A stretch of DNA of 64,000 bases from Bigelowiella natans CCMP2755. Taxonomy: Eukaryota; Protista; Cercozoa. The notes under the pieces were generated by a model, which saw only the letters and a program-made list of their open reading frames with translations, did no database searches and was not told the origin of the DNA. Shown here piece by piece: positions 27,004 to 38,969 of the stretch (its first letter is position 1; every line of letters starts with the position of its first letter). The DNA lies in NCBI GenBank assembly GCA_000320545.1, contig ADNK01002140.1:139010-203009 (forward strand), read 5' to 3'. Position numbers and translations under genes: made by a program.

Positions 27004-28098
27004 ATGTTCCGGAAGGGGAAGCTTTCGCACAACAGAAATCGAAATCGAGCTACGACTTTGGCATTGATGGCAATAACGTTTCTTTTCTTTGGATCAATAA
27101 TGTTGAAGGGAGACATAGCCTGGAATTTGATCTCGGGCAATTTATCGAAGCCTAGATCAAGCGTACGCGTGCTGCAGATGAAGCACAAACCACTCTGTAT
27201 GCCTCCACGTCGTTTAACCATTCAAGCTTCTCATACTGATAATTGTGAAACGGGCTCCTTTGAGCGCATCAAATATTCTATTTTTGGCCAAAGCGAAGCC
27301 GTTTTCCCAGAGGGTTGGAAACAGCAGGCTGCCAAGGTGCAGTATAGTGATTCGATTATCGACAGGCATCTACTTGGAGTTTTCATGGATCGGATGTCTA
27401 CTGCAACGAAAACTTCTATACGAGGCCCTGTCAATTATGAAAATTTTGTTCGGCTATGCTTCGATTCGATAAAAGGGAAGAATGCCACTGCACAGACACA
27501 GCAGTCCCTGGATGTGATGCAAAGTTTTCTCCCCCCGGGAGGCGAAAAGGTAGCCAACGTGTTCTTTTATTCGTTGCAGTATCACCACCATTGGTCTCTC
27601 TACTTAGGCATTCCATTTTTTATTTCCGAAAGGGAAGGCCTCCTATGAAATAAATGCCAAAATTACTGAAATCGGGTTTTCTTGGTTGGTGGGACCTATT
27701 GCCATAGATACGACATCAGAGAACGATATTGGAATTCCAATGAAGACTAGCGTTAAGATCAAGAAATGCAGATGGTTACAAGAAAGCGCATGCACAGGTC
27801 CATAGCTACAATGTGATCTCAAGTATCTATTTTAATTGGATTTTTATTAGGTATGTGCGTAAACTTGTGCAAGCGACCTACGCAGCAGTTCTTTTTGGAA
27901 ACTTTTGGCCTACCATTGACCATAAAACCTAACTTTGAAGATAAAAGCTGCGAATTTTGTTTTGGACAAACCCCCCCACCTCAAGAGGAGGATCCAGCAT
28001 ACAAGTTTCCATGCCATGTGTCATGTGAATCCGGACGCATAGATGAGAGTGGAGACAAGCCATGTTATAAACTTCCCTCTTCACATAAATTGGAATGA
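27004..28098 (+). CDS. D27: Beta-carotene isomerase D27-like protein with probable bipartite plastid-targeting presequence
   Basis: Introns 27550-27607 and 27798-27850. Motifs Y.DS.ID, FSWLVGP, VKIKKCRWLQESACTGMCVNLCKRPTQQFF...FGLPLTIKPNFEDKSCEFCFGQTPPP.EEDP...PC. N-terminal hydrophobic stretch followed by an S/R/K-rich peptide. Confidence 0.93.
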
Positions 28099-28109
28099 TT
28101 ATTATCACA

Positions 28110-28830
28110 ATGTAAAGCTTCGAAATGTCGTCTCTTTGTGACACAGACATGTACACGCATGTGTCTGTTAGATGTGCACACGCGAAACATGTCAGATGCT
28201 CGCGGTGCAAAAGCAGTGCCTCACTACAAAACTAGAAAAGTAGGATGCATGCACGGACGCACACCGCATAGTCAGCATGCATGCACAGTCACAGATGTAC
28301 ATGCACATCTAGACATGCCTAGATGGACATGTGTGTGCTAGCTCTAGCTAGCTATATAGCGTGGTCATGCATGTCATAGTCATGTCTAGATGTGCGTTCT
28401 AGCGTAAAACAATGGTAATTACAATGGCCGGAATATAGGAAAGAGAAATGTAGTAATGGATCGATCACACGATGCTGCCATTTACAAGTCACACGTAATA
28501 GACAGCCTACCTAGCCACGTGTGTGTACACGTACGTGCCTACGCATGCGTGCGGCACCTACAACTATAGACTTTGTCTATTGTTACACGACGTACACCAC
28601 TAGAAAATGCTAGTGCGCATGCAACACATCATACTGTCCTACGTCATGCCATACCATTATTGCACAACCGTTTACATGCAGGTGCACGTACATTCATCGT
28701 GACACATCTTTTTAACTAGATAACAACTAGGCGTCTAGTGCTCGTGCGCCCCTGGCACTGTGTGTTGTTCCCGATCATTTCCTAGTCGTTACACAAACAA
28801 CACCTGACTCGACATGCCTAGAAATATACG
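28110..28830. other. CATG/TGCA/CTAG-rich spacer between convergent D27 and PCH2
   Basis: gcatgcatgcac, ctagacatgcctagatgg, gctagctctagctagc. Confidence 0.75.
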
Positions 28831-28896
28831 CCCACCGCTTGGAATTTATGCCAACGAATTTTGAAAATAGAGTTCACAGTCAAAATCATTTTTGCT

Positions 28897-30514
28897 TCAT
28901 TGTTGAGGCTCGTTTCTGACTAACTTCTTTCTATCCTCTTTCTCCATCTCTACGGTTTTGGCCATGAAGTCCAAAAACTCTAGAGCTGTCGTTGATTGGG
29001 ATCTCACGAATACTGCATGACATTTGAAAGGTAGTTTTCGTAAAGTTCTTCCACTAAACCCGTCTGTCTGGTGAGCTAAAGACTCAATCTTTGATGTCAG
29101 TGAATCCTTTCCATGACTTTCAGCCTTCTTCATCTCATTGTCTCCCCAAAGCGTTGAATTATCCTTCGCATCCTGTAGGATTCCCTTCCGAATAAGTTCG
29201 CCAGTACAGGATCTGATTATTTCATACCGAGCCCGCAGTCCCGGAAGGCCGATGTACTGCTTTATATCAGCCCGATCTATAAATGCCAAATCGATAGCCT
29301 CCGTGATGTTTGATGTTGCAAGAATGATGACATTTTCCTATTGTGAATAAAGTTAGCTTCTGTTTCCGGTTTTAAAGCAGGAACTTACATATATTTTGAG
29401 CTTGTCCAGCTGGGTAAGCAATGCATTAACAGCTCTGATGGCATCGGAGGGATCTCCGGAACCACCCTGTCTGTTGGCGGCAAGACTTTCTACTTCATCA
29501 ATGAGAACACACACGAGAGAATCTTTGTCTTCTACAAGGTCATGGATTTTCTCGAACAATTTCATAACAAGCTTTCCACTCTCAGAAAACCATTTTGAAA
29601 ATAGACTATGTGCGTTTATTTCCAACAGCATCGAGTTGGAATATCTGCCTGATAGCCGTATTGATAATTTCTGAGCCAACGCTAAAAAAAGGAAACAACA
29701 CTCAGAGTACAACTAAGAATGTAATGGAAATAGTACCCTTGCATAATGTTGTTTTCCCCGTTCCTGGAGGTCCGTACAGGAGGACCACTCGGTTGCAGCT
29801 TATTATGCTAGGATTCACTTTTTTATCCGCAAATAACATAGATGTATACGAAAATCGAAGCAAGCGTTCCTTCACGGACTTTTCCAGTATAAGATTATCC
29901 CAGTAGTTATCAAAATCTCTCGCTGGCAGGCTCCAGGTTTCGCAGGCTGTGACATCGTCCTCGCCATCACCCTCCATTTCTTCGGATCCCACCTCCTCCG
30001 CAAGTCGATACACATGAATAATCACTTTGGCTTCCCAAACAGGGACTGTGTGTTTGGACTCTGGAAGATACACTTGAATCTTTTCAACATGCTGCTTGAG
30101 AGTCATATCCTTCGAAAAATCTATGGGTCCGTTCTTGAAAATCGCTACATACTTCTTTATGTGCTGTTCCAAGTAAGCTATCATAAATAAGAATAAAAAG
30201 AAGAGAGTATGGAATTGAACATGACGAGGAAGAGGACTAAGGTTCAGTACCTGTCACTTGATTCCGTTTAGCACTACTTGTTGGTCTAAGAGCCACCTCC
30301 ACTGATAATTCGACAGGTCCAAATCAGAATCTCTTTGGGATTCCATGGTTCATCGCTCTACGTCTATCACTACTACTCCAGGTATATCTTCTATTCAACA
30401 CTTATTACTCTAACCCTCTTTTATCCTACATATAATTTAACCTTCGACTGTTGGATGAGTACTTCGGGGGTGCTTGGAAGAGGGCGAAGACGTCGTAGAG
30501 CTGGAAGTCTCCAT
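28897..30514 (-). CDS. PCH2: Pachytene checkpoint protein 2 / TRIP13 AAA+ ATPase
   Basis: [19 protein letters not shown]...[22 protein letters not shown] (Walker A), [28 protein letters not shown] (Walker B), [44 protein letters not shown]. First exon METSSS...TVE joined at 30514. Confidence 0.95.
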
Positions 30515-30666
30515 TTTTTAGCACGGTTGTGAAATTCTTCCTTCGGGTCGATGAAAGAATGTTGAACAAACTCATGCTGTTTCTTCATTACGACATAATC
30601 AAACGGAGAGAAACCAATATCGAAGATGCCAAAGACACTCCCGCCAAAACTCCATCATCATCATCT

Positions 30667-30754
30667 CATCACGATCTGGAAACTCCTAACATCACGATCT
30701 GGAAACTCCTAACATCACGAGCTGGAAACTCCTAACATCACGAGCTGGAAACTC
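30667..30754. repeat. 23-bp minisatellite (~3.8 copies) in the PCH2/MKKS divergent promoter
   Basis: Unit catcacga[t/g]ctggaaactcctaa. Confidence 0.92.
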
Positions 30755-30990
30755 GAGGAAACCCCAACATACATCCCCACGTTATGAGATTATGAGCAAT
30801 CATGAGCACTACAGCAGAATGACCACCCCGTTCATCACTACGTACTTGCACATACTCATGTAGTAGTAGTAGCACTAGTGGTAGAAGTAGCTTTAGTAAA
30901 AAGGGGGTTGCTGCATAACAGCGAAACAGATGCCATTCGAAGACATAAATCTCTCGATGATTGCGAGTTAAATGGACGATTCGAGATTGG

Positions 30991-32448
30991 ATGGACAAGA
31001 AAAGCACGGACACACAGGGAAAAACACAACATGTGTTTACCACACCGAGCCGAGTGCCTGTTATTTTCCGTCTAGACGTTATCAAAGGCTTGGCGATTAG
31101 TGCGATGGGTCCCGATGGAACACCAAAGATCATTCGCATGCACAAGGATAGCGACTCCGTGCGCGTGACAACGAGCTCACAACGCATCTTTAAGAATCTT
31201 CCTGTTCGGTGTGCAATCACCAATCTTGCAATTTCAATGGCACTTTCACATAAACGTTTTCATGGCGATGCAGGGCTGTTTGTTCTGAGTATATCCTGTG
31301 GTCTCATGAAATCAGCTGTTGGTTCAAGCCTCCCAATCCGTGCAATTCTGGAAGGGCTGAGAAAGGCACTTAGAACGTCGATATTGTATTTGCGCAGTGA
31401 TAACTGTCCAGTTGCGCGACCTGTTAAGTGGAAAGATCCAAGAATTCCGGTAGGCATTGTAGTCGGGTGCATATCGCCTAAGATGTCCTCGTCTCCCAGC
31501 TGTGCTGTCGAACACCTGGCAAAACTCGTTGCAAGGGCTTTCCTGTTGACATTCAAAAATCAAGCTCGCACCGGGCCTCAGAATACTGTGCGAATACACC
31601 CCGTAATAGATCATTGCCGACCTCTAATTGGAGAGGAATGTATGAATGAACCAGATGATGAGGAAAATTTCAGTTCGGGAAGGAAACTTAATGAGATTTC
31701 AGTTCCTATTTTGCGCTCCACGTTGATTCGAGCAACAGTGTTGGACATTCCCCTTCCTCCAGGAGTCCCCATCGCAATCAAATCTCGCTTGAACATATTG
31801 ATCTATAATGTTAATCTGACTTTTGAGTTCGAAGATTTGGTTGGAAAAGGTGTTAAGGTAGAGAAAGACATTGCTGATAACAACCTTATCGGAGACTCAT
31901 GGAGTGCCACAGACGTTCAAATATCCCTCATGAACGAAATATTTGAAGCGTGGGTGAAGTTAGATGTGAAAATAGTTGCATGCCAAAAGCTTATTCATCC
32001 TTACCTCGGATCCAAGCTCATTGAGCACGGTATGATTCCTCTACCCCGGCTCTCCATACGCCATATAGACGCTGTTCGTCTCTGTACTGGAGCGGTACCA
32101 TGCTCTTCAACTGCTATTATCGGTGATGATATAAAGTCAAGTATTGGGGTTCTTGAAGGATATGAGCAATATTCTCTTGGAAACAAAAGGTATCTCCTCA
32201 TGCATCCAGGGAGAAGTAAGAACCACACAGACACGAAATCGGAAGCGGAGCACCAAGGCGACGCCTACGCTATCATGATACGAGTTAGAGACGAGGAACA
32301 CGGAGCTGAAGTTGTATCCGCATGTAGAAATGCTATGGCGGCGCTACGTGCTACCATTCGGTATTTTAGACCAAACACCATGAAAATTCAGAACAGTAAT
32401 CCGTATTCTTATCGTCGTCGTCTTCGTCTACTTCATCATCATCATCTT

Positions 32449-32483
<35 letters not shown>

Positions 32484-32960
32484 TCTTCCAGACAACCGAG
32501 AGTTTTAGCTGGGGCAGGTGCAACAGAAGCAATTTTGGCAAGTCATCTTCTCAATTTAGCTCGTATTTCCAAAAAGGACAGACCATATTGCTTTGCTCTT
32601 AAGATTCTTGCGTCCCAACTCTGCATTTGCGCCCGCACGGTCAATCGAAACCATGGTCACAGGCCTCAAATTCTCGGTAGTATCGAGAAAGAAATCGTGG
32701 ATATCTTCGATTTGAGTTCAACAGAACTTCGGCGTTGGAAACTCGCGGTGGAAGGGAAGGAGTCTGCCGACACCCCAAGCCCATCGCGCATTCAAACACA
32801 GACGGCGCCGATAGATACATATAGCATAAAACTTTCTGCAATCGAAACTGCAGTTGGAATAGCCAGCACATTATTAAGGATTGGAAACGTTGTCCACAAG
32901 AACGAGGAGGTAGATGCTACCATCGAGGAGGACGAAGAGCCCATTGTTGTCTCGGCCTGA
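30991..32960 (+). CDS. MKKS: McKusick-Kaufman/BBS6 chaperonin-like protein
   Basis: SAMGPDG..K, VTTSSQRI, H..FHGDAGLF, KIVACQKLIHP, RLSIRHI..V..CTGA. After intron ~32361-32490 comes QPRVLAGAGATEAILA, and the C-terminus has IDTYSIKLSAIETAVGIASTLLRI. Confidence 0.85.
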
Positions 32961-33039
32961 ACTAGCTGAAATTGGGAATAGCTATATCATGTCTAGAAAA
33001 TTATGAAAAGTAGGTCTGAAAATACGAATTCGGTTCAGT

Positions 33040-33460
33040 CCACACTGTCTAGCTAGCTGCGGCTTGTTTTGTACGATGCTAGCGATGCTGTGCAAGCTGT
33101 GCATGCTAGCATGCCTTATTCTACATATTATATTTGTGGCAAATCCGAAGAACCATTCATTCTAGCTATCTAGCTATGCTAGCTACCTAGATATGTTGCA
33201 CGACACAATATCGCGATCGGTCCGTACGTAATTCCGTATGTACCCTACACTAGATACCTGTCACGCGCTACACATCGTAGTGCGCATGCACTGCATAATA
33301 ATCGCGCCGCTCTAGCGCTATATAGCTGGAGCTAGCTAGCTAGCTCTAGAGCTGAACGGATGTGTATATGTGCATGTGCTTCGCGGCATAGCGTACGCGT
33401 ATCAACGCACTAGCATTAGCTAGTTAGAGCCAGCCGCGTAATGCCCAACTCTAAAACTAT
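33040..33460. other. CATG/TGCA/CTAG-rich spacer between convergent MKKS and HMG-box genes
   Basis: ctagctagctgc, gagctagctagctagctctagag. Confidence 0.7.
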
Positions 33461-34025
33461 GTTTCTTGAAAAAATATTTATTAATAAAGTACAATGTACA
33501 TCAATCTTCGTGTGCAACCAACCTCGTACGTTACATGCAGATAAATTACCTTGACGAATGACGGTAATTTGTATTTTGACGCTACATTGCGAGAAGCAGA
33601 CTTTAAAATATTCCAGGACAGAAGAAAACTAGTTATTTACTAATCTGCTAATTTTTCTTTTCTTTTTTCTGGAACTTGACTAAATGAGAATATCTGACGA
33701 GATTCCTGTACTCTCTGAGGTACCCTTTTGCTCACATACCATCTGTGCATAACTTACACGATGTTTATCAAAGAAAGACGCATTGGTGCATAGAATATAT
33801 GAAAGACGTTGATTTTAACTTTGTTTAGGTACACTTGTACGAACACGAATAAATTCTCTTAACCATCCCAGTTAACCAATGTGATGTGAATTGAAGTAAT
33901 TTCTTAAAAGGAATGAAACATCTTATTTGTAGAGATCACCTCTAATATTGCCAAAATATTGAGGGATTGACCAAGAAATGCTATACTTCATGTGTGAAAA
34001 CTTTCTGAGGGTTGTCAATCATCAA

Positions 34026-35567
34026 TTATTGAGTGACGGAAGTCCAGTCTGTGAACTCTTGCAGAACTTCAGTTACATCTGAAATCATTTCCATCTCCAT
34101 TTCAGCATGCTCTGATTTGATCATGGATATACATGGGGAAAGTCTGTAGCTTGAAAAGAGTAGAGAGGGTTCCAGACGTGGAGATGGGAACGTGGCTTTA
34201 TCATCATTGTGATGGTGAAATCTGTTATGGAGAGAGATAGAGTTTTCATCCTCAGGGCTTCCGAGGCTGCTATAATTGCTGCTTGGAATACTGTTGTCAC
34301 TAGTATTATCACTGGTATCTCCCGCAGTAGCAGCATCGTCACCGCTTCGTGGTTCTTCGATAATTTCCTGGATTTCCTTTTCCACATCTACGTCCTCGTC
34401 ATCCCGACCCCGCATTTCGACCACCTCCCGTTCAATTTCTTCCAATTCTTCTTCATGTTCCTCGACATCGGAGCTTTCTCCCGTCTTCTGCTTTGCTTCA
34501 TTCATCCCAATTGTGCTTCGTCTTTCCCTACTTCTTCCTCCTCTTGTTTTTCTTCCTTCAATATTTCGAACATTTTTCATGCTCTTAGAAGGCTGCTGAG
34601 GTTTAGGTTTCAACTGGCTGGACTGGTAGCATGTGCGGAGAGCATCAACATACGCGCTGTGTTCTTGAGCATATCGTTTCTTATCACGATCAGCCATCGC
34701 CTGATAGACAACCCTTTCCTGCTTGGTCAAGGCTTTCCATCTCTTTCCGATCACACGAGCAACTTTCTCATTGTGGGTGACTCGGTCCTGTCAGTATGAT
34801 CATTGTATAAGTTTTGGGGAGAATACAAGGGATAAATTCAGACATCACCTTAGGACCATCGATGACAGGATTCAATTCTTCCCAAAGTTCCTCGCGAATT
34901 GCTAGTTGGAAGTAATTGTAAGCGGTTTTAGGCCTTTTAGGCTTCTTCGCAGAACGGTAGAGCGATCCTTTTTGATGACGCTTGTTTCCAGAAACACGTT
35001 GACGCTTAGCTGCCGGTGCTTTCGAAGAAAAGGGAGATAAATCTGCGCCAACCTTGGGAACAGTTTTCGCAAAGCAAGCTCTTCCAGCAGCCGTGGTCTT
35101 CGAAGCTAACGCAGCTTTGGCAGCTGCTTTCGCCGCCTTTGTGGCAGCTGCTTTTGCTGCAGCTGCAGCTCGAGCACGTGCGCGTGCTATTTCCACTTCC
35201 CGCTCGCCAGGTTGTTCACGGGATACTAACAATATGGTTTTTAATTAGGAAAGGAACCACGAGTAATATAAAGCTCATAGTATACGGTGCTGAATATAAT
35301 TTGATTTGTACCTATTTTGCGTTTACGTTTTGAAGTTCTCACTGGAACTACTTTGGCAATTTGATCCCTCGCCACCTTTCTCTTTTTACTTCTGGTTTTA
35401 CTTCCAGCATTTGTTTTACTGGATTCAGAGGATGCATGAAGCAACGATAACTTTGTGTTTTCGAAATTATCTCCTGCGCTTGAGATAAGACCGTTTTCTT
35501 CCACCGTTGTATTCTGGGCCGTCAGCAAGCTGTCTTTCCGGTCAATATTGTTGTGGAGCATGTACAT
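34026..35567 (-). CDS. Single HMG-box protein
   Basis: Spliced KKPKRPKTAYNYFQLAIREEL...|DRVTHNEKVARVIGKRWKALTKQERVVYQAMADRDKKRYAQEHSAY, followed by an acidic and Ser-rich tail. Confidence 0.88.
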
Positions 35568-35656
35568 GATGAATCCTCAAAATATTCAAGAGATCCTTAT
35601 TGGTTCTTCGTGAACAGTTGTGGTGTGAAAAACTATGGTGAGTTATTCCACACTGC

Positions 35657-37000
35657 TTGTCACAAAACTCAGTTATTACTTATGACAATGCTCTTAGGGG
35701 AGATTCACACCCCTTTATGTTCGTGTGGAGAGCTCGAGACCCTTGCTATTTGCCTCGTTCAGAAACAGTTATTACGGACCGGTGCGCGGATTCTCCGGTT
35801 TGTTGGTTGGTTGTGTTTTACACGGCGGCCTCCGGAATAGGAATCGCTTGCTTTTTGTACTACCAACCAGCACAGTCGTAAAGTAGTAAGACTCACTTTG
35901 TCCTTCGAACGCTGCTCAGCTTTCGGTAAACTAGTTCTTAAGATTGGGGCAATGAAGCCTACCGTTGGCGCAATACTACCCTACTTGCTTGGAAATATAC
36001 CTCATTAGGCTAAAATTCCCCTCCATTTGTTAGAGAAATAATGTCCTTGTTTAGGTATATATTGGAGCTACAATACACAAAAGTATGTGGAATATTTGAA
36101 GAAATATTATCATTTTGGTGATAATCAAAACAAAATAGCATGATTTAGACACCAATTGAAATTTTAGAGAGCACATCTTTTATCTTGTAAAATATTCTTA
36201 AATCTCTCTCATACTTAATTATTGCAGACTGAAAGAGCAACATCGACAAAATGAAGGATACTTTAAAGTGGAAAAACTAAGGCATATCCCAGAATCATTG
36301 ATTTCGCCATATTAAAACATGCAGCCAGTGCATCGGATAACATGACTTCACAGATCAAAAGAACACAAGAAACTAATATCTACTTCCTCTCTCTTATGTA
36401 ATATTCCCCAAAGTTTTATAATACGAATTTTGTATTGCATAGGCATATTTTATTGTTCTCATCTTTGTTGTATATTCTCTTTATTGTTAGCAAACTTGGA
36501 GAACCCCTCTTTCCGATTCAGACTTTACTACCCAATAACAAATTTAGATTATATTCAAAAATGGACTACAAACAAAATAGGCGACATCAACAAAATGAAT
36601 ATGCTGTTAGTAGTTGCACTTCATTCATGTCGCGGGTTGCAGCAAAAAAGAATTAGGCCCGTTTGATTGTATTTTTTAAGTTTCATTGCTAAAAAATGGA
36701 ATTAGTCATAAGAATGGCATTCTTTTTGTATTTATATCAATAATACCGGCGCTATCGGTGTCTTTATGTACTTCTTAAAACTTCCTCGCTCTTTGAATAT
36801 CCGATAGTTTCAATATTCTCGGTGGTTCCGCAAATTAAAAAGTCCCTTTTTCAGAATGGCCGATGCTTTCAATAATTTTCGCCGAGGGAAGATTTCAGGA
36901 TGGATTAGCCTACTTTTTCATCAAAATTGTTAACATGCGAAATGTTATTTCTTTGCTCTTTGGTGAAAGTCGGCTCGGCTTTTAGGCGAGATAGGATTTG
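35657..37000 (+). CDS. Possible unresolved multi-exon gene (hypothetical)
   Basis: Hydrophobic ORF 35657-35881, plus an in-phase join of exon-like pieces at ~36055-36082 and ~36228 onward (IYWSYNTQK|LKEQHRQNEGYF). No complete model could be built. Confidence 0.25.
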
Positions 37001-37004
37001 AGTA

Positions 37005-38588
37005 CAAGGGGCAGATTGATTTGACATGCGGCCGCTGTGCAACAACTTGACCCACGTTCAAACTCGTGTTTTTCCTTTGATCTTCTCGTCTCTCTGCCCC
37101 CTGTTCCGTTTCTCAAGTCCCATTGGAATCACTTCGTCACTTTGTGCTTCTTTTCTTCTTTTTTTTTCTCAACTCGTTCATCGTTCACGGTGCTTGTTCC
37201 TGCATCACCCTCGACATTGGCTAGTTGTGTCACTCACCACCATCAGGGTGCTGACAATTCCTCGCAATGCCAGAATGGTTGTTGTTGAGGCTCTGCTGCA
37301 CGCAAACGCCTGTCTCCCATGTGGTTCAGGCGCATGCAGATTTGATCAACGCTTTGTTCATTGTTCATTGTTCATTGTTCATTGTTCATCGTTCTTCTTC
37401 TTCTTCTTCTTCTTCTTCTTCTTCGCTCTCCTTTGCGTTCGTCCCGCACCGATGATCCTCCACACATTGCACCTGCGCAGTGATCCTCTCACCGTTGAAA
37501 CCACTTCGTTCAATCATTCACTCATTCGTCTTCGTGTGGTGGAGATTTCACGCCGTCAACTTTTCGGGGTGGCAATGACAACTCACAACCCAGAACTGGA
37601 GGTAGTGGGTCGTGACACTTTCTCAAGTCCAGAAGTCACGCGCCTGGGCATCACCTGCATGGACCCCCACCCCCCACTCAATTGCAACTAGGTGATCAGT
37701 GTGCCTCGCTGTGACGACATGCACGGAACCCTGGAACTGCCAACGCTTCACCACGCACGTTGCACCCCACGCGACACACAAAGCCACGTGCGTGCAAACA
37801 CCTTTGTGTGCACTTTGTTTCTCCCAGCCTTGATTGTTCTCTGTGCACGCATGCCAATGTCATGCCCACTTCGTGCCACTTCAATGCACGTGTGCTCTTT
37901 CGTGACTCCACGTGCACGCACTCGTGTCTGATGTGCCAATTTGTGCCACACGTGCGATGCGTGAACCCCACCTCTGGCCTCTGGCCCTGGCTAGCTGGTG
38001 ACAGCGAAGTGATTGACGTTGCTGCACACGCCTAGACGCACACAGAGAGAGACACGCACGCACAAAGGCATTTGTGTGCACTTTCCAAAGCTTTGTCTCT
38101 CTGGACAGCTGGACAGACTGATCAATCGGATTTGAGAAACCCAAACCCAGTTGCCATGATCGAACTCCGGCACGACTAGCAGCATCGTTGACTAGTTGAA
38201 TCGAACCTGTGCCCTCCTAGCCTCCAGCGCATCCAGCGCATTCAGCATGAACCCTGAACGAACGTGACGTAGTTTCTCTGTGCATGCCACCCCAAGTTCA
38301 CCATGGCACACACTGGCAGACGCATCGCAGCATTGGAGCACACAGCACACAACATGCACGATGTCTGCAACGCTTTGTGGTCACGGAGTGCCAGAGTGAG
38401 CTAGTGAGGGGACAAAGCCAAAATGCCATCATGCCAGCATGGCTAGATGGTTCGTGGCGTCATCACATCATCAGTCGATCTGTCTGTGAGTGAACGTGAC
38501 GTTGAGACAGTCAGTGCTCTGCTGTCCACCCCAGCACCCGCTGTCGCTCGCATCGCCGCATGCTGGCATGCCCTGCGCTAGCCTGGCG
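37005..38588. repeat. TpA-depleted block, probably a hypermutated repeat or mobile-element relic
   Basis: Manual count: 12 TpA in 1584 bp (10 CTAG, 2 GTAG), with sharp edges and abundant TG/CA. The many overlapping Cys/His/Val-rich ORFs follow from the loss of TAA and most TAG. Element family not recognised. Confidence 0.7.
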
Positions 38589-38768
38589 TAAACATGGCGG
38601 AGGAACGTGAGGATGTATGTTGTGATGTTTTCGCATCAGATCCAACATCAAATGGATGATGACGTGCCATGGTGCACATGCATTAGGCGAAGCTGCCCAC
38701 GCAATGTGGTGTGTTTGCACAATCTTTATATTCAATCGACAGTGATAATAGACACAGCAATACACTAA

Positions 38769-38807
<39 letters not shown>

Positions 38808-38969
38808 GTATTGCATGTCTATCATAGTGAGCCACCACTGCATTCGCTTACACCTCAACTTGCTTCTGTAGCTTGCGATGCCACCGCTCACATGATGATG
38901 TCACATTGATCGCAACACAGCTTTGTCCCGAGCCCTGAGCACACTCCAGCTCCCTTTAAGGTGCCAAAC

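Noticed and set aside
30301-30353. Apparent in-frame TGA upstream of the PCH2 VEV motif, suggesting readthrough or selenocysteine
   Set aside because: It lies in an intron. An upstream exon starting at 30514 splices in phase to tatcag|TG GAG GTG.
28897-30514. PCH2 as evidence for meiosis
   Set aside because: TRIP13/PCH2 also acts in the mitotic checkpoint and DNA repair, so it is not diagnostic.
30667-30754. CRISPR-like appearance of short repeats (also 516-587)
   Set aside because: Head-to-tail repeats without spacers, eukaryotic context, and no cas genes.
36055-36082. VYIGAT reading suggesting a GIY-YIG nuclease
   Set aside because: That frame does not splice in phase to the next exon-like segment, and no other motif supports it.
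37026-38765. Cluster of overlapping ORFs on both strands (up to 221 aa)
   Set aside because: They are explained by TpA loss removing TAA/TAG stops. The products are Cys/His/Val-rich with no recognisable motifs.
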